Source of the DNA: an uncultured Thermoplasmata archaeon
GTDB taxonomy: Archaea; Thermoplasmatota; Thermoplasmata; Lutacidiplasmatales; UBA184
Reading direction: 5' to 3'
Assembly: GCA_963773945.1 (NCBI GenBank)
Contig: CAVZDD010000005.1
Span: 377,077-441,076, forward strand
DNA length: 64,000 bases
Part shown: positions 1 through 10,489 of the stretch, in pieces
Layout of the letters: each line of letters opens with the position of its first letter
How positions within the stretch are numbered: position 1 is the stretch's first letter
Made by a program: the position numbers and the translations under genes
The notes under the pieces: generated by a model
Seen by the model: the letters and a program-made list of their open reading frames with translations, nothing else
Told to the model about the DNA's origin: nothing
The model's database searches: none

Positions 1-759
1 GCCACCCGGCCCATCGAGCAGGGGACCTTCGACTACGTCGACCTCGACCCATTCGGCACCCCCGCGCCGTTCGCCGATTCGGCGTTACGCGCCCTCGCCC
101 CCTCCGGAGTGATTGCCGTCACGGCCACGGACCTGCCCGTACTGACGGGCGTCGCCCGGGGAGTGTGCGAGCGACGGTACGGCGCGCGGCCGGTCCGCGG
201 GTCCCAGGGACCGGAGGGTGGGCTCCGGATCTTGATCGCCTATATGATTCGGGAGGCGTCGCGGCGATCCCACGACCTCCGGCCGGTCCTGAGCTACGTT
301 CACGACCATTACGTCCGTGTCTTCCTCGCCTCCCACGCACTCACGTCCCAGTCGGTCGGGAATCTCCGATTGGGAGATCCGGGTCAGATGGGCGACGCGG
401 GCCCCCCGATCGCCGGTACGGGGCCCTTCGGGCCGATGTGGCTCGGACCACTATTCGATCCCGCCTTGGTGGTCCGCTTGCAGGTTCCCCCCACGGCGCA
501 GCGTCCGGAAGAGCTCCGTAAATTCCTCGACCGACTTAAGGAAGAGTCGACGGCCGACCAGCCGTTCTACTACGAACCGAACGCGCTTGCCGCGGAACTG
601 CATCTGAGAGAACCCCCGCCGTTGGCCGCCCTGCTCGCGGCCCTTCGCGCCCGAGGATTTGCCGCCGCCCGAAGCCACGTACGCGCGAGTGCGTTCCGCA
701 CCACGGCGCCCCGGTCTATCGTCGAGCAAGTGGCACGCGAGGCCCGGCCGGTCCCCTAA
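1..759 (+). CDS. trm1: tRNA (guanine26-N2)-dimethyltransferase Trm1, C-terminal part (5' end outside window)
   Basis: Frame-1 translation from nt 1 reads ...VDLDPFGTPAPFADSALRAL...VIAVTATDLPVLTG...CERRYGARP, the conserved Trm1 core. The ORF track shows only 109..759, but the frame is open from position 1. Confidence 0.8.
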   Translation, partial: ATRPIEQGTFDYVDLDPFGTPAPFADSALRALAPSGVIAVTATDLPVLTGVARGVCERRYGARPVRGSQGPEGGLRILIAYMIREASRRSHDLRPVLSYVHDHYVRVFLASHALTSQSVGNLRLGDPGQMGDAGPPIAGTGPFGPMWLGPLFDPALVVRLQVPPTAQRPEELRKFLDRLKEESTADQPFYYEPNALAAELHLREPPPLAALLAALRARGFAAARSHVRASAFRTTAPRSIVEQVAREARPVP

Positions 760-3581
760 TCCCAGAACGCTCGCGTGCGAGCGTAGCTTCGTTCTGCTCG
801 AAGGATCTCGGCGAGGAGAGCGTCTTCGTCCCGATAGTGGCGAGCCAGCAGTCGGCGGGCGGTATCGGGCCCGATCCCCCGTGCCGCCAGCGCGAGGAGT
901 GCCCGTTCGCCGTAGGTGGCGAGGAGCTCCGCGGACGTGTAGGCCGCGCGCAGGCGAGCCGTGAGACCCGCCGACGGCCCCTTCTTCTTGGAGGTGCCCT
1001 TTCGCTTCTCCCGGGCATACTTCGAGATCGCGGCGATCTCCTCGGTCCGGCGCGGCGACAGCACGGCGGAGAGGGTGCCGTGGCAGAGCCGGCAGCTCCG
1101 CGAGCCATCGGTGGCCGACCGAGCCGGCGTCGTCGTCCGAGTGAATCCGCACCGCAGACACACGAGGGTCAACTCTTCGCCCTGGAGTCGGTCGCGGATC
1201 GCCTTGAGGAGGGTGGGAGGGGGAATATCGGGCAGGAACTGCCATTTGAGGGTCTCGAGAATCCGGTCGCTCCACCGGTCCGCGGGCGCGGTAACGACCT
1301 CGAGACTTTGGTCCCGGATGCGGCTCAGGACCTCTCGCGCGTGGACGAGGTCGTGGCGGTCGTGGAGGGTCTTCTCGAGCGCCTCATCGCCCAGCGGACT
1401 TGTACGGGACTGTTCCATTAGAGAGTCGACAATCCGGAGGTCCCGTGCATCGGCCGACGCCGGCAACACTCCGAGCTTTCGCGCCACGGTGATGAAGACC
1501 CAACGGTACTCCAGGCTCGACGGAACGAGGCGGTCGAGCAGCGTTTCGAGGTGGTCCGGCGGGATCGACAGTCCCTGACGAAGCGCGTCCGCGTCCAGGG
1601 CCATCGGGAGTCCCAGCACGAACCAGGTGGGTTCGACATCCAGCACCTCCACGCGGGCGCCCAGCCGCGCGGCGAGCAACCCGGACATCACCAGACTCAG
1701 CGTCGTGTTCGTTCGGCTGCCGAAGCAGGCGCTGACGGTGACGAGGCGTCCATGGGTCTGCAGCACGACCTTGCGGTCCGTCGCGATGTGGGCCGCCGTC
1801 GCACCGGCGTGCAGCCGCTCTTCCAGCCGGGTCCGGGCTTCCAGCGAGAGGGGGTAGCCGACGTAACTTCCCTCCCGGCGGAGTCGGCCCACCTCCTGGG
1901 CCGCCTCGAAGGGGACCGGAAGCTCCTCCCCCACCCATCGGGGCTCCTGGCCGAACTCCGCCGCCGCTTCGACGAGGATCTCCCCATCCCGGAACTCAAC
2001 GACCCGCCAGGGGGTGCCGTGCAGGAGGAACACGAGATCGGGTTGCCCGATGACCTGGGTCATCACAAAGCGTTCATCGAGGGTGCCGATGATGCGGCGG
2101 GTGCCGATGTCCCGAAGCCGGTACGTCCGCTCTTCGGGGATCAGCGAGAGGGTGGAGTAGAACCGGTCGAGCGTTCCTCGCCCCGACCGGAGCCGGCCCT
2201 CGGCGAGTCGTACGAGTCCCAGACTCTCGAGGTAGTTCGCGAGGTCCCGCCAATCCCCGTCCGAGAGGTCGTGAAGCGCGGCGGCGTGACGCAGCCGGTG
2301 CGCGATCTCCTTCGGGTCGACCGTTCCCTCCGCCCGCAGCGAGCCGAGGATCTGCTGCGAAGCGGCGAGGCGGTTCCGAGTCCGCCAGGTCGTCGGTTCG
2401 ACCTCCCCCGAAAGCGCCCGACGAGCGAGGACCGCGGCCTCTTCGAGGTCCTCGTCGTCCCGGGCGACGACAATCCCCTTCGACGTGCGGTCGAGCCGGT
2501 GACCGGCCCGTCCCACCCGTTGCAGGAGGCGGGTCGCTTGGCGCGGTGAGCCAAACTGCAGGACGAGGTCCACCGCCCCCACGTCGATACCGAGCTCGAG
2601 CGAGGAGGTCGCAATCAGCGCCCGCAGCTTGCCGGCCCGGAAATCGCGCTCGGCTTCTTCTCGGACTTCGCGCGAGAGGGAACCGTGATGGACCGCGAGC
2701 GGAAGGTCGGGCGCGAGTCGATGCAGTCGGGCCGCGAGGCCCTCGGCGGTGGGCCGGGTGTTGACGAAGACAAGCGTGGTGTGATGGGCGCGGACGGCCC
2801 GCTCGACCTCGCGCAGCGCCGCCAGGTAGTGCGAATCCACGCGCATCTCGGCTTCGAGCTTGGCGTCTCCTCGTTCGGGCGGCGCCACCGGCCATCGGAC
2901 CTCGATCTGGAGGTCCCGGGGCTCCTTCGCGATCCGGGTCTCGACCCGACGGGGCTTCGGGGACAGGAATCGGGCGACCTCCTCCGGGTTGCCGACGGTC
3001 GCGGAAAGTCCAATCCGGCGCACGGGTCGGCCGACGAATGAGTCGAGCCGCTCAAGGGTGACGGCGAGCTGCGCGCCCCGGTCTGAGGGGAACAGTTCGT
3101 GGACTTCATCGACGATTACGGCGGTGAGGCCCCGGAGGCCCTCCCGGAGGCGCTTGCCGACGAGCAGTAACTGCAACGTCTCGGGCGTGGTGATCAGGAG
3201 GTCCCGCGGGTGCCCGGATTGACGGAGCCGCTCGTTCGCGGGCGTGTCCCCGTGGCGGACTCCGGCCGTGAGTCCCGCCGCTTCGACCAGGGAGATCAGT
3301 CGCTGTTCGAGGTCCCGGTTCAATGCCCGCAGGGGGGTGATGTAGAGCAGGGCGGTGGGCGGCGAGAGTTTACGAAGCCGACGCGAGAGCAGCGGGAGAA
3401 GTGCCGCTTCGGTTTTCCCGGTGCCGGTCGGAGCGACCAGCAGCGCGTCGTGGTCGGTCTCGAGGAGCAGGTCGAGCGAAAGTCGCTGGATCTCCGTCGG
3501 GGTGCGGATTTCTCGCCTTTCAAGCCAAGTCTGGAGGCGGGGCTCGAGCGCAGTGAACGGAGCGTCGACGGAGTCGGGCAT
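756..3581 (-). CDS. lhr: Lhr-family ATP-dependent DEAD/DEAH-box helicase (941 aa)
   Basis: Walker A APTGTGKTEAALLP, DEVH box (IVDEVHELF) and helicase C motifs. The long C-terminal extension with a Cys cluster (CLRCG...CRLCHG) is typical of Lhr-core proteins. Confidence 0.85.
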   Translation of the reverse strand: MPDSVDAPFTALEPRLQTWLERREIRTPTEIQRLSLDLLLETDHDALLVAPTGTGKTEAALLPLLSRRLRKLSPPTALLYITPLRALNRDLEQRLISLVEAAGLTAGVRHGDTPANERLRQSGHPRDLLITTPETLQLLLVGKRLREGLRGLTAVIVDEVHELFPSDRGAQLAVTLERLDSFVGRPVRRIGLSATVGNPEEVARFLSPKPRRVETRIAKEPRDLQIEVRWPVAPPERGDAKLEAEMRVDSHYLAALREVERAVRAHHTTLVFVNTRPTAEGLAARLHRLAPDLPLAVHHGSLSREVREEAERDFRAGKLRALIATSSLELGIDVGAVDLVLQFGSPRQATRLLQRVGRAGHRLDRTSKGIVVARDDEDLEEAAVLARRALSGEVEPTTWRTRNRLAASQQILGSLRAEGTVDPKEIAHRLRHAAALHDLSDGDWRDLANYLESLGLVRLAEGRLRSGRGTLDRFYSTLSLIPEERTYRLRDIGTRRIIGTLDERFVMTQVIGQPDLVFLLHGTPWRVVEFRDGEILVEAAAEFGQEPRWVGEELPVPFEAAQEVGRLRREGSYVGYPLSLEARTRLEERLHAGATAAHIATDRKVVLQTHGRLVTVSACFGSRTNTTLSLVMSGLLAARLGARVEVLDVEPTWFVLGLPMALDADALRQGLSIPPDHLETLLDRLVPSSLEYRWVFITVARKLGVLPASADARDLRIVDSLMEQSRTSPLGDEALEKTLHDRHDLVHAREVLSRIRDQSLEVVTAPADRWSDRILETLKWQFLPDIPPPTLLKAIRDRLQGEELTLVCLRCGFTRTTTPARSATDGSRSCRLCHGTLSAVLSPRRTEEIAAISKYAREKRKGTSKKKGPSAGLTARLRAAYTSAELLATYGERALLALAARGIGPDTARRLLARHYRDEDALLAEILRAERSYARTRAFWD

Positions 3582-3639
3582 CGGGGTATGGCCAGCAGCA
3601 GTGACTCAGGAAAACGACTCCGTAGTCCGAGAGCCGTCT

Positions 3640-4092
3640 CTACGGGGGGGCGAGACGCGTCGGCTCCAGGTCGAGCTTTCGGAGGCCGAGGGTCTCGTCG
3701 ATGGGCCGGCCGAAGACGCGTCCCGGGAACGTCTCGAGGAGGATCTCGTTCAATACCCATACCGTGCCCCGCATGAGGTGGCCACCGACCAGCTCGTGGC
3801 CGGGTGCCGCGAGTGCCGCATGAAGGTGAATCGACGGCCCATCCGCCTCCGCGATCGAACCGTGGAGGCCGACGAGCTCGTGCGGCTCCGCGAGGTCCTT
3901 CCGGACGTACTCCGAACCGTTCCAGTACCCGATCCCAACGTCCTTGAGCATCCCGATTCCGGAGACGACCGCCGCCGCCCGAATGTTGTGCTCACGCGCA
4001 ATATCGCTCAAGGTGGCGAAGAGGTCCTGACCCTGTTCCAGCCGGAGCATCCATCGGTTTCCCTCGGAGACCGCTTGCATCGCCGGCCGCAT
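3640..4092 (-). CDS. PPC (DUF296/PD1-like) domain DNA-binding protein
   Basis: The 150-aa product has a PPC-domain signature (HIHAAL...GGHL..G.VWVLNE). It is co-directional with lhr and lies 58 nt upstream of it. Confidence 0.65.
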   Translation of the reverse strand: MRPAMQAVSEGNRWMLRLEQGQDLFATLSDIAREHNIRAAAVVSGIGMLKDVGIGYWNGSEYVRKDLAEPHELVGLHGSIAEADGPSIHLHAALAAPGHELVGGHLMRGTVWVLNEILLETFPGRVFGRPIDETLGLRKLDLEPTRLAPP

Positions 4093-4159
4093 CGGGGGCT
4101 TCTCTTAAGGGTGTTTCGGCAACCCCCGGGCAAAGTCTAATGGTCGTTCCACGGATTCG

Positions 4160-4990
4160 ATGGGGTACATGGTTCTGACCTCCTCTCCGGCCCCCATCCA
4201 CCCGGCGGCAGCCCCCTCCGTAATCGAGGCCCGTCTCTCCGCCGGGGGCCCGACCCTCGTCGCCCTCTCGGGCGGCGTGGACTCGTCGGTCGTGGCGATG
4301 TTGGCGCATCGGGCGCTGGGCGCGAAGTCGGTGGCCGTCACGCTGACCGGCCCGGCGGTGTCCTCCGAGGAGCTCGGAAGCGCCAGGGCCGTGGCCCGGC
4401 GGATCGGGATCCGGCACGTGGTGCTCACATCGGACCCGCTCTCAGACGATCGATACGCCGAGAACCCAACGAACCGATGCTACTTCTGCCGGAATCACGA
4501 GGGGGACCTTCTACGAAAATGGGGAACCGAAAACTCCGTTGAGGTCTACCTGGACGGGATTCATGTGGACGACCTGGGCGATGACCGCCCGGGGCTGCAA
4601 GCGATGAACGAGCACGGGTTCCGCCATCCCCTGGCCGAAGCCGGATGGTCGAAGATGGAGGTCCGAGCCTTCGCGCGTTCCGAAGGGCTTCCGAATTGGG
4701 AGCGACCGTCCAACGCGTGTCTGGCGTCGCGCATCACCCACGGACAACTGATCACGGTCCCGCTCCTCGAACGCGTGGGACGGGCCGAAGAGTGGCTCGC
4801 GGCCCGCGGATTCCGCCGGGTCCGCGTCCGAGTCGTAGGAGACCACGCTCGGGTCGAGGTGGGTTCCGACGAGGTTCCACGGCTGCTCGAAGCGACCAAC
4901 GCCGAGCCGCTCCGGGAAGCGCTACTGGGTTTCGGGTTCGCGTCCGTGGAGATTGATCCCGCCGGTTACCGGCCCCGGTTGAATGCATGA
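4160..4990 (+). CDS. PP-loop ATP pyrophosphatase, LarE/TIGR00268-like sulfur transferase family
   Basis: LVALSGGVDSSVV PP-loop and a conserved Cys (CYFCR). Its stop overlaps the following uvrB start as ATGA. Confidence 0.75.
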   Translation: MGYMVLTSSPAPIHPAAAPSVIEARLSAGGPTLVALSGGVDSSVVAMLAHRALGAKSVAVTLTGPAVSSEELGSARAVARRIGIRHVVLTSDPLSDDRYAENPTNRCYFCRNHEGDLLRKWGTENSVEVYLDGIHVDDLGDDRPGLQAMNEHGFRHPLAEAGWSKMEVRAFARSEGLPNWERPSNACLASRITHGQLITVPLLERVGRAEEWLAARGFRRVRVRVVGDHARVEVGSDEVPRLLEATNAEPLREALLGFGFASVEIDPAGYRPRLNA

Positions 4991-7053
4991 CGCCGGCTCG
5001 ACGCGCTTCCCAGCTCCGGGGCCGAGCGCCGGCCCGGATGGACCCTACCCAGCAGTTCGAGCTCGACACGGAGCTGACGCCGCAGGGGGACCAGCCGAAG
5101 GCGATCGCCGAGCTGATCCGTCGGCTCCGGGCCGGGGAGCGCAACGAAACGTTGCTCGGTGTGACCGGCTCCGGCAAAACGTTCACGATGGCCCACGTAG
5201 TCCAGGAGCTTCAGCGGCCTACGTTGGTCGTCTCCCACAATAAGACACTCGCCGCGCAGCTCGTGAGCGAGTTCCGGGCGCTCTTCCCGCGGAACGCCGT
5301 CGAATATTTCGTCAGCTATTACGACTATTACCAACCGGAAGCCTACGTCCCCCAGATCGACCTCTACATCGAGAAGGACGCCTCGATCAACGAGGAGATC
5401 GACAAGCTCCGCCACCGGGCGACCCAGGCGCTCCTGACGCGACGGGACGTGTTGATCGTTTCGTCGGTGAGCTGCATCTATGGTCTCGGCTCGCCGGAGG
5501 AGTACCGCGAGAACACCCTCATCCTGCGAAAGGGAGAATCGATCGGCCGACAGGCCCTCTTGGACCATCTGGTCCGCCTCAAGTATTCCCGCAATGACAC
5601 CGAGTTTCAGCGTGGCCGCTTCCGGGTCCGCGGCGGCACGATCGATGTTCAGGGCGCCGGCGAGTCGCTCCACAGGGTCCTGCTCGAGGGCGATATCATC
5701 GTCGGACTCTACGAACTCGACCACCTGACTCAGGAGGAGGTCCGCGAGGTCTCCGCTTTCACGGTGTTCCCGGCGACCCACTTCCTGACCATCGATACCC
5801 GGCTGGAGGAGGTCCTGGGCCAGATCGATGCGGACAAGGTGACCCGCGTCAAGGAGCTCAACGCCGGGGGGCACCTCGTCGAGGCCCAGCGGCTGAAGAG
5901 CCGGACCGAGTACGACCTCGAGATGATCCGGGAGACCGGCTATTGCAATGGGATCGAGAACTACTCGCGGTACTTTTCGGGCCGTCAACCCGGGGACCCC
6001 CCCTACACCCTGCTCGACTTCTTTCCCCCCGATTTTCTAACGTTCATCGACGAGTCGCATGTGACCCTCCCCCAGCTGCAAGGCATGTACAAGGGGGACC
6101 GGAGCCGAAAGGACAACCTCGTGGAGTTTGGCTGGCGGCTCCCCTCCTGCCGGGACAATCGCCCCCTCAAGTTCCCGGAGTTCCTGGGCCACGTCGGCCA
6201 GACCGTCTTCGTGTCGGCCACGCCCGGTCCCTTCGAGCTCAAGCATTCCGCGGGGATCGTCGAGCAGATCATCCGACCGACGGGCCTCGTCGACCCGATC
6301 ATCGACGTCCGGCCGCTGAAGGGCCACATCGCCGACCTGATCGAGGAACTTCGACGCCAGGTGGAACACAACGAGCGGTCGCTCGTCACCACGCTCACCA
6401 AGGCGACGTCCGAGGAACTCTCGGCCTACCTGGCGAACCTGAACTTCAAGGTCCGATACCTCCACTCCGATGTCGAGACGCTGAAGCGGATCGAGATCCT
6501 GCGCGACCTTCGAGTCGGCCGGTTCGACATTCTCGTGGGCATCAACCTCCTTCGGGAGGGGCTCGACCTTCCCGAGGTGAGCCTGGTCGCGATCCTCGAC
6601 GCCGACAAGGAGGGGTACTTCCGGAGCGACACCTCGTTGATCCAGACGGCCGGGCGAGCGAGCCGCAACGTGGCCGGCCGCGTGGTCCTCTACGCCGACC
6701 GAGTGACCGGTTCGATGGCCCGGGCCATCGCCGAGACGACGCGCCGTCGGGAGATCCAGCTGGCCTACAACCGGGAGCACGGCATCGTGCCCGAGTCGAT
6801 TGTCAAGGAGGTCCGCTCGCTGCTCGCCACGTCGGACGAAGCGGAGTCCGGCGAACTTTCGACCTCGGGTCTCGGCAAGAAGTGGAAGGAGCGGCTACCG
6901 ATGCTTATGGCGAACCTCGAGGAGGAAATGCGCCTCGCGGCGGAGCGCCTCGACTTCGAAGAGGCGGCGCGGATCCGGGACCGGATCCGCGATATCGAAC
7001 GGAAGGCGGGCCTTACCCGGGGCATGCGGTCATCGGCCCGCGCGTCCGCCTAG
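4987..7053 (+). CDS. uvrB: Excinuclease ABC subunit B (UvrB)
   Basis: GDQPKAI, GVTGSGKTFT Walker A, YVPQ beta-hairpin region, helicase motifs and the UvrB C-terminal UvrC-interaction motif (ERLDFEEAARIRDRI). An alternative start is at 5038 (MDPTQQFEL). Confidence 0.9.
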   Translation: MTPARRASQLRGRAPARMDPTQQFELDTELTPQGDQPKAIAELIRRLRAGERNETLLGVTGSGKTFTMAHVVQELQRPTLVVSHNKTLAAQLVSEFRALFPRNAVEYFVSYYDYYQPEAYVPQIDLYIEKDASINEEIDKLRHRATQALLTRRDVLIVSSVSCIYGLGSPEEYRENTLILRKGESIGRQALLDHLVRLKYSRNDTEFQRGRFRVRGGTIDVQGAGESLHRVLLEGDIIVGLYELDHLTQEEVREVSAFTVFPATHFLTIDTRLEEVLGQIDADKVTRVKELNAGGHLVEAQRLKSRTEYDLEMIRETGYCNGIENYSRYFSGRQPGDPPYTLLDFFPPDFLTFIDESHVTLPQLQGMYKGDRSRKDNLVEFGWRLPSCRDNRPLKFPEFLGHVGQTVFVSATPGPFELKHSAGIVEQIIRPTGLVDPIIDVRPLKGHIADLIEELRRQVEHNERSLVTTLTKATSEELSAYLANLNFKVRYLHSDVETLKRIEILRDLRVGRFDILVGINLLREGLDLPEVSLVAILDADKEGYFRSDTSLIQTAGRASRNVAGRVVLYADRVTGSMARAIAETTRRREIQLAYNREHGIVPESIVKEVRSLLATSDEAESGELSTSGLGKKWKERLPMLMANLEEEMRLAAERLDFEEAARIRDRIRDIERKAGLTRGMRSSARASA

Positions 7054-8258
7054 CCGGACCTGGCGCCTGGTGCCACCGACCTCTCGCCGCCCGTCGGTAC
7101 GGACGGAGGGGCCTTGCGGCCCCGACGTCCCCGAACGTAGAATCCCTCGATCGCGATCAACGAGACCGCCGTGGCACCGATGGAGAAGACGAACAGGCCG
7201 ACCGGCCCCGCGAGGAAGAACGCGGCGCTTCCCGCGAGCGGGCCGAGGCTCCACAGCGTGGAGTTGATGAGCGAGAAGAGACCGAGGTACTCCGCCCGTC
7301 GACCCGCCGGCGCCAGGCGGGCCACCCACGACAGCATCGCGGGGCTCAGGAACGCGAAACCGAGGTTTCGGAAGCCCTGGGCCGGCAGCAGCTGGACCCA
7401 GTTGGTCGCCACGAGGAACGCCACGATACCGACGATCGAAAGACCGGTGCCCCATAGCAAGCCCTTAATCTCGCCGATATCGTCGACGAGCCGGCCGATC
7501 GGGAGGGCCGTGAGCGCCATCGTGGCGAGGCCCGCGATCGCCACGAGGGATACCTCGAAGAGATTCGCGCCGAGGACACCGGCGTAGATCCCGTAGAACG
7601 CGCCGACGGCCCCGGCGCCGAGCGAGCGGACCGAGACGGTCGTCGAAAAGTAGGCCACCTCCTTCATTTCCCCCAACGGGCGCCGGGTCGGCGTGCCGAC
7701 CTTCCGGTCGTCGGGAACTCGAATCAGGAGGATCGCCAGCGTTCCGACCTGTACCAGGGCCACGAAGTAGAACAGGAAGTGGAAGCCCAGGTCGAGGACG
7801 AGCACGCCGACGATCAGGAACCCCGCGATGCCTCCTCCGGAACTCGCTGCATTCAGGAGGCCGTAGGCGCCGCCTCGCTGCTTGTCCCTCGTGACATCGG
7901 CGACATAGGCGTTCAGCGCGGGGCCGCCCATCGATAGGATCGTGGTTCCGGCAATGAAGGCGAACCCGGCGGCGAGGTAGCCGGGCTGGAACGGGATCGA
8001 AAGATAGAGAGGGAGGGCGCCCAGTTCGGCCCCAATCAGAAACGGTCGCCGGCGGCCGACGCGGTCCGACCAGCGGCCGGCCAGCGGTTGGACGAGGCTG
8101 CCCGCGACGTACGCCACGGAGGTGAAGGCCAGCGTGAGCGGGATCGGCGCATGGTCGACCTCGACCATGAAGACCGGGAAAAAGACGAGGAAGACCCCGG
8201 ACCGGTTGCTCGACAGCAGGGAATAGAGGGAGAGGCCCACCAGGGTCCGGTCGACCAC
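7050..8258 (-). CDS. MFS transporter
   Basis: 12-TM hydropathy and an MFS motif (GRWSDRVGRRRPFL). Confidence 0.85.
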   Translation of the reverse strand: MVDRTLVGLSLYSLLSSNRSGVFLVFFPVFMVEVDHAPIPLTLAFTSVAYVAGSLVQPLAGRWSDRVGRRRPFLIGAELGALPLYLSIPFQPGYLAAGFAFIAGTTILSMGGPALNAYVADVTRDKQRGGAYGLLNAASSGGGIAGFLIVGVLVLDLGFHFLFYFVALVQVGTLAILLIRVPDDRKVGTPTRRPLGEMKEVAYFSTTVSVRSLGAGAVGAFYGIYAGVLGANLFEVSLVAIAGLATMALTALPIGRLVDDIGEIKGLLWGTGLSIVGIVAFLVATNWVQLLPAQGFRNLGFAFLSPAMLSWVARLAPAGRRAEYLGLFSLINSTLWSLGPLAGSAAFFLAGPVGLFVFSIGATAVSLIAIEGFYVRGRRGRKAPPSVPTGGERSVAPGARSG

Positions 8259-8347
8259 AATCCCTCGGACCGCGACCCATATTTAGGCCGCGCGCCGGCC
8301 CGGACGCTTCGGCGAGCCTCTTTTGAGCCGGGGGCGGTCCGGCCGAC

Positions 8348-9163
8348 GTGGCATCCCCCGCGCCGGCCCCGGACCGCTCGACCGGACTCGGGCTGCTCCG
8401 ACGCAGCGGCGCGGTGACCGAGCTGCTCTTCCTGCACGAGTGCGCGACGCGCGAAGTCGCCCAGCTGCGCCCCGTGGCGCAGCGGTTGGGCCTCACGGTG
8501 CAGGCCGCCTCGCACATTTTCCGACAGCTACGACGACGCGGGCTCGCCGAGGTGCGGAACGACCTCTATCGTCCCACCGTGGCCGGCATCGCCTGGTTGC
8601 ATGCGGCCTTCGGGTCCGTCCGGGAAGACCTGGACGAGCGGTTGGCCCGATTGCACGTCATCCGATCCACGCGGGCGGTAGCCCGTGGCCCCATCGTGGC
8701 GAACGGCCGGGTCGTTCTCGAGGTCCGGCGCGGGGTCCTTGAGGCCCGGGCGGGGACCCAGGGCTCTTCCCGCGGAAGGGCCAGACACCGGGCGCGCACC
8801 GGCGACCTCGTGGAGGTGGTGGATCTCGAGGGGATTGTCCCGCTCGAATCGGCCGAGATCCGGATCGTGACCGTTCCCGACTCGGATGCCCTCGACCCGC
8901 GGGTGTTGGGCCAGCTCCGAACGTTGGTGAAGGAGACCCCCGAAGGGTTACTGGCCGCCTCCGGCGTCGAAGCCTATCATTGGCTCGGGCGAGCCTCCCC
9001 TCGGCCGGTCCTTCGCTACGCGGTCGCCGCCTCGGCTCTGGAGGCGTCCCGGGTCGGTGTACCGACCACCCTCGTGGTACTGGAGAGCGACCTCCCGCGA
9101 CTGCTGGCGCGATTCGACCAGCCCCAGCCGCCGCCGATCACGGTCCGTCGATTACGAGGATAA
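8348..9163 (+). CDS. putative winged-helix transcriptional regulator with C-terminal domain of unknown function
   Basis: N-terminal wHTH-like segment (LTVQAASHIFRQLRRRGLAEVRNDLYRPTVAGIAWL). Divergent from the MFS gene; its 3' end overlaps the ABC ATPase gene by 12 nt. Confidence 0.45.
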   Translation: MASPAPAPDRSTGLGLLRRSGAVTELLFLHECATREVAQLRPVAQRLGLTVQAASHIFRQLRRRGLAEVRNDLYRPTVAGIAWLHAAFGSVREDLDERLARLHVIRSTRAVARGPIVANGRVVLEVRRGVLEARAGTQGSSRGRARHRARTGDLVEVVDLEGIVPLESAEIRIVTVPDSDALDPRVLGQLRTLVKETPEGLLAASGVEAYHWLGRASPRPVLRYAVAASALEASRVGVPTTLVVLESDLPRLLARFDQPQPPPITVRRLRG

Positions 9164-10489
9164 CGCGGGTTCCGCGTGCTCGTCCGGCGAAGACGGAGGA
9201 AAGGGAACGCGGAGGTCCGCGCGCAGTCGCGCGATGAGCTCGGGGATGTCCGCGGCGTCCCGGGCTCCGGCCGCCAGAAGTCGCGCGCGGATCTTCTGGG
9301 CTGCTCCGCCCGTGAAATCGCGTTTCGCGAGGGTCCCTCCGTCGAGGAAGTAGACCGGGCAGTGTTCTGCGAAGGGGAGTACATCCTCCAGGTTGGCTAC
9401 GTTGGCCGGCCCGACCGCGAACGGGGCCAGCACGATAGCCCTGGCGGCACCCAGGAGCCGGCGGTTCTGCTGCCGGGCCTCCTCTCCGATGGCGGAAAAC
9501 GGGGCCTCCACCGCCGTGGGCACCCCCAGCTCCTGGGCGGTCTCGGTGTCGGTGTCAAGGAGGGCCAGCACGCCGGCGCTGAGCACGAACCCTTCTTCGA
9601 TGAGCGTGTGCAGGCAGGGCGAGGCGGCCCCGCCGCCGCCCACGATGTGCACCGGACCGAGCAACCGCCCCGGTGAGCCCGGGGGCGGTTCGAGATGGAA
9701 GGGAAGGGTCGGGAGAATGTACGGGAGTCCCGTGCGAGCGTCCCGTCGGATCTCCGCGTCGATCCCCCACACGCTCCGGAGGAGGGCCGTGGAGAGGACC
9801 TGCTCCGGGCGACCGTCTTCGACGACGCGGCCCCGGGAGAAGACCACCACCCGGTCCGCGTACCGCGTCGCGAGGTTGAGGTCGTGCATCGCCGCGACCA
9901 CACACCGCTCGGCCCCCCGGCGCCACCTCTGCAAGCGGTCCAGCAGCTCGAGTTGGTGCGCGATGTCGAGATGGGAGGTCGGCTCGTCGAGCAGCAGGAT
10001 CGGGGCATCCTGGGTCAGCGCGCGGGCGAGCAGAACCCGTTGTCGCTCGCCTCCGCTGATCTCCCAGATTCCCGACGTTCGTCGGTCCCAAAGATTCACC
10101 GAACGCAAGGCCTCCTCGGCGCGCGCGTAGTCGTCCGAGTTCTCGGAGTAGAACGGGGGAACGTGGGCGTACCGGCCAAAGAGAACGTAATCAAGGATCG
10201 CCACGTTCTCCTGGGGCTGTTCCTCCTGCGGCAGCCAGGCCATCCGCCGGGCGCGCTCCCGGAACGAGAGCGCGCTGACCGAGGTTCCTTGGACGTGGAT
10301 CTGTCCCTCGGCCGGCGGGATCAACCCGAGGACGGCCCGGACGAACGTCGTCTTCCCGGCCCCATTCGGACCCACCAGGGCCACGAGTTCCCCGGGGCGG
10401 ATGGTGAGCGAAACGCTCTGGATGCCGATCCGGGTCCCGTACCGCACCGTCAGTCCCACGATGTCGAGGAGGGGCGACGTCTCCGTCAT
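9152..10489 (-). CDS. ABC transporter ATP-binding protein (FecE/BtuD iron-siderophore/cobalamin type) with an extra ~190-aa C-terminal domain
   Basis: GPNGAGKTT Walker A, LSGGERQR signature, LLLDEPTSHLD Walker B. The C-terminal region begins HIVGGGGAASP... and is not part of the ABC fold. Confidence 0.85.
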   Translation of the reverse strand: MTETSPLLDIVGLTVRYGTRIGIQSVSLTIRPGELVALVGPNGAGKTTFVRAVLGLIPPAEGQIHVQGTSVSALSFRERARRMAWLPQEEQPQENVAILDYVLFGRYAHVPPFYSENSDDYARAEEALRSVNLWDRRTSGIWEISGGERQRVLLARALTQDAPILLLDEPTSHLDIAHQLELLDRLQRWRRGAERCVVAAMHDLNLATRYADRVVVFSRGRVVEDGRPEQVLSTALLRSVWGIDAEIRRDARTGLPYILPTLPFHLEPPPGSPGRLLGPVHIVGGGGAASPCLHTLIEEGFVLSAGVLALLDTDTETAQELGVPTAVEAPFSAIGEEARQQNRRLLGAARAIVLAPFAVGPANVANLEDVLPFAEHCPVYFLDGGTLAKRDFTGGAAQKIRARLLAAGARDAADIPELIARLRADLRVPFPPSSPDEHAEPALSS

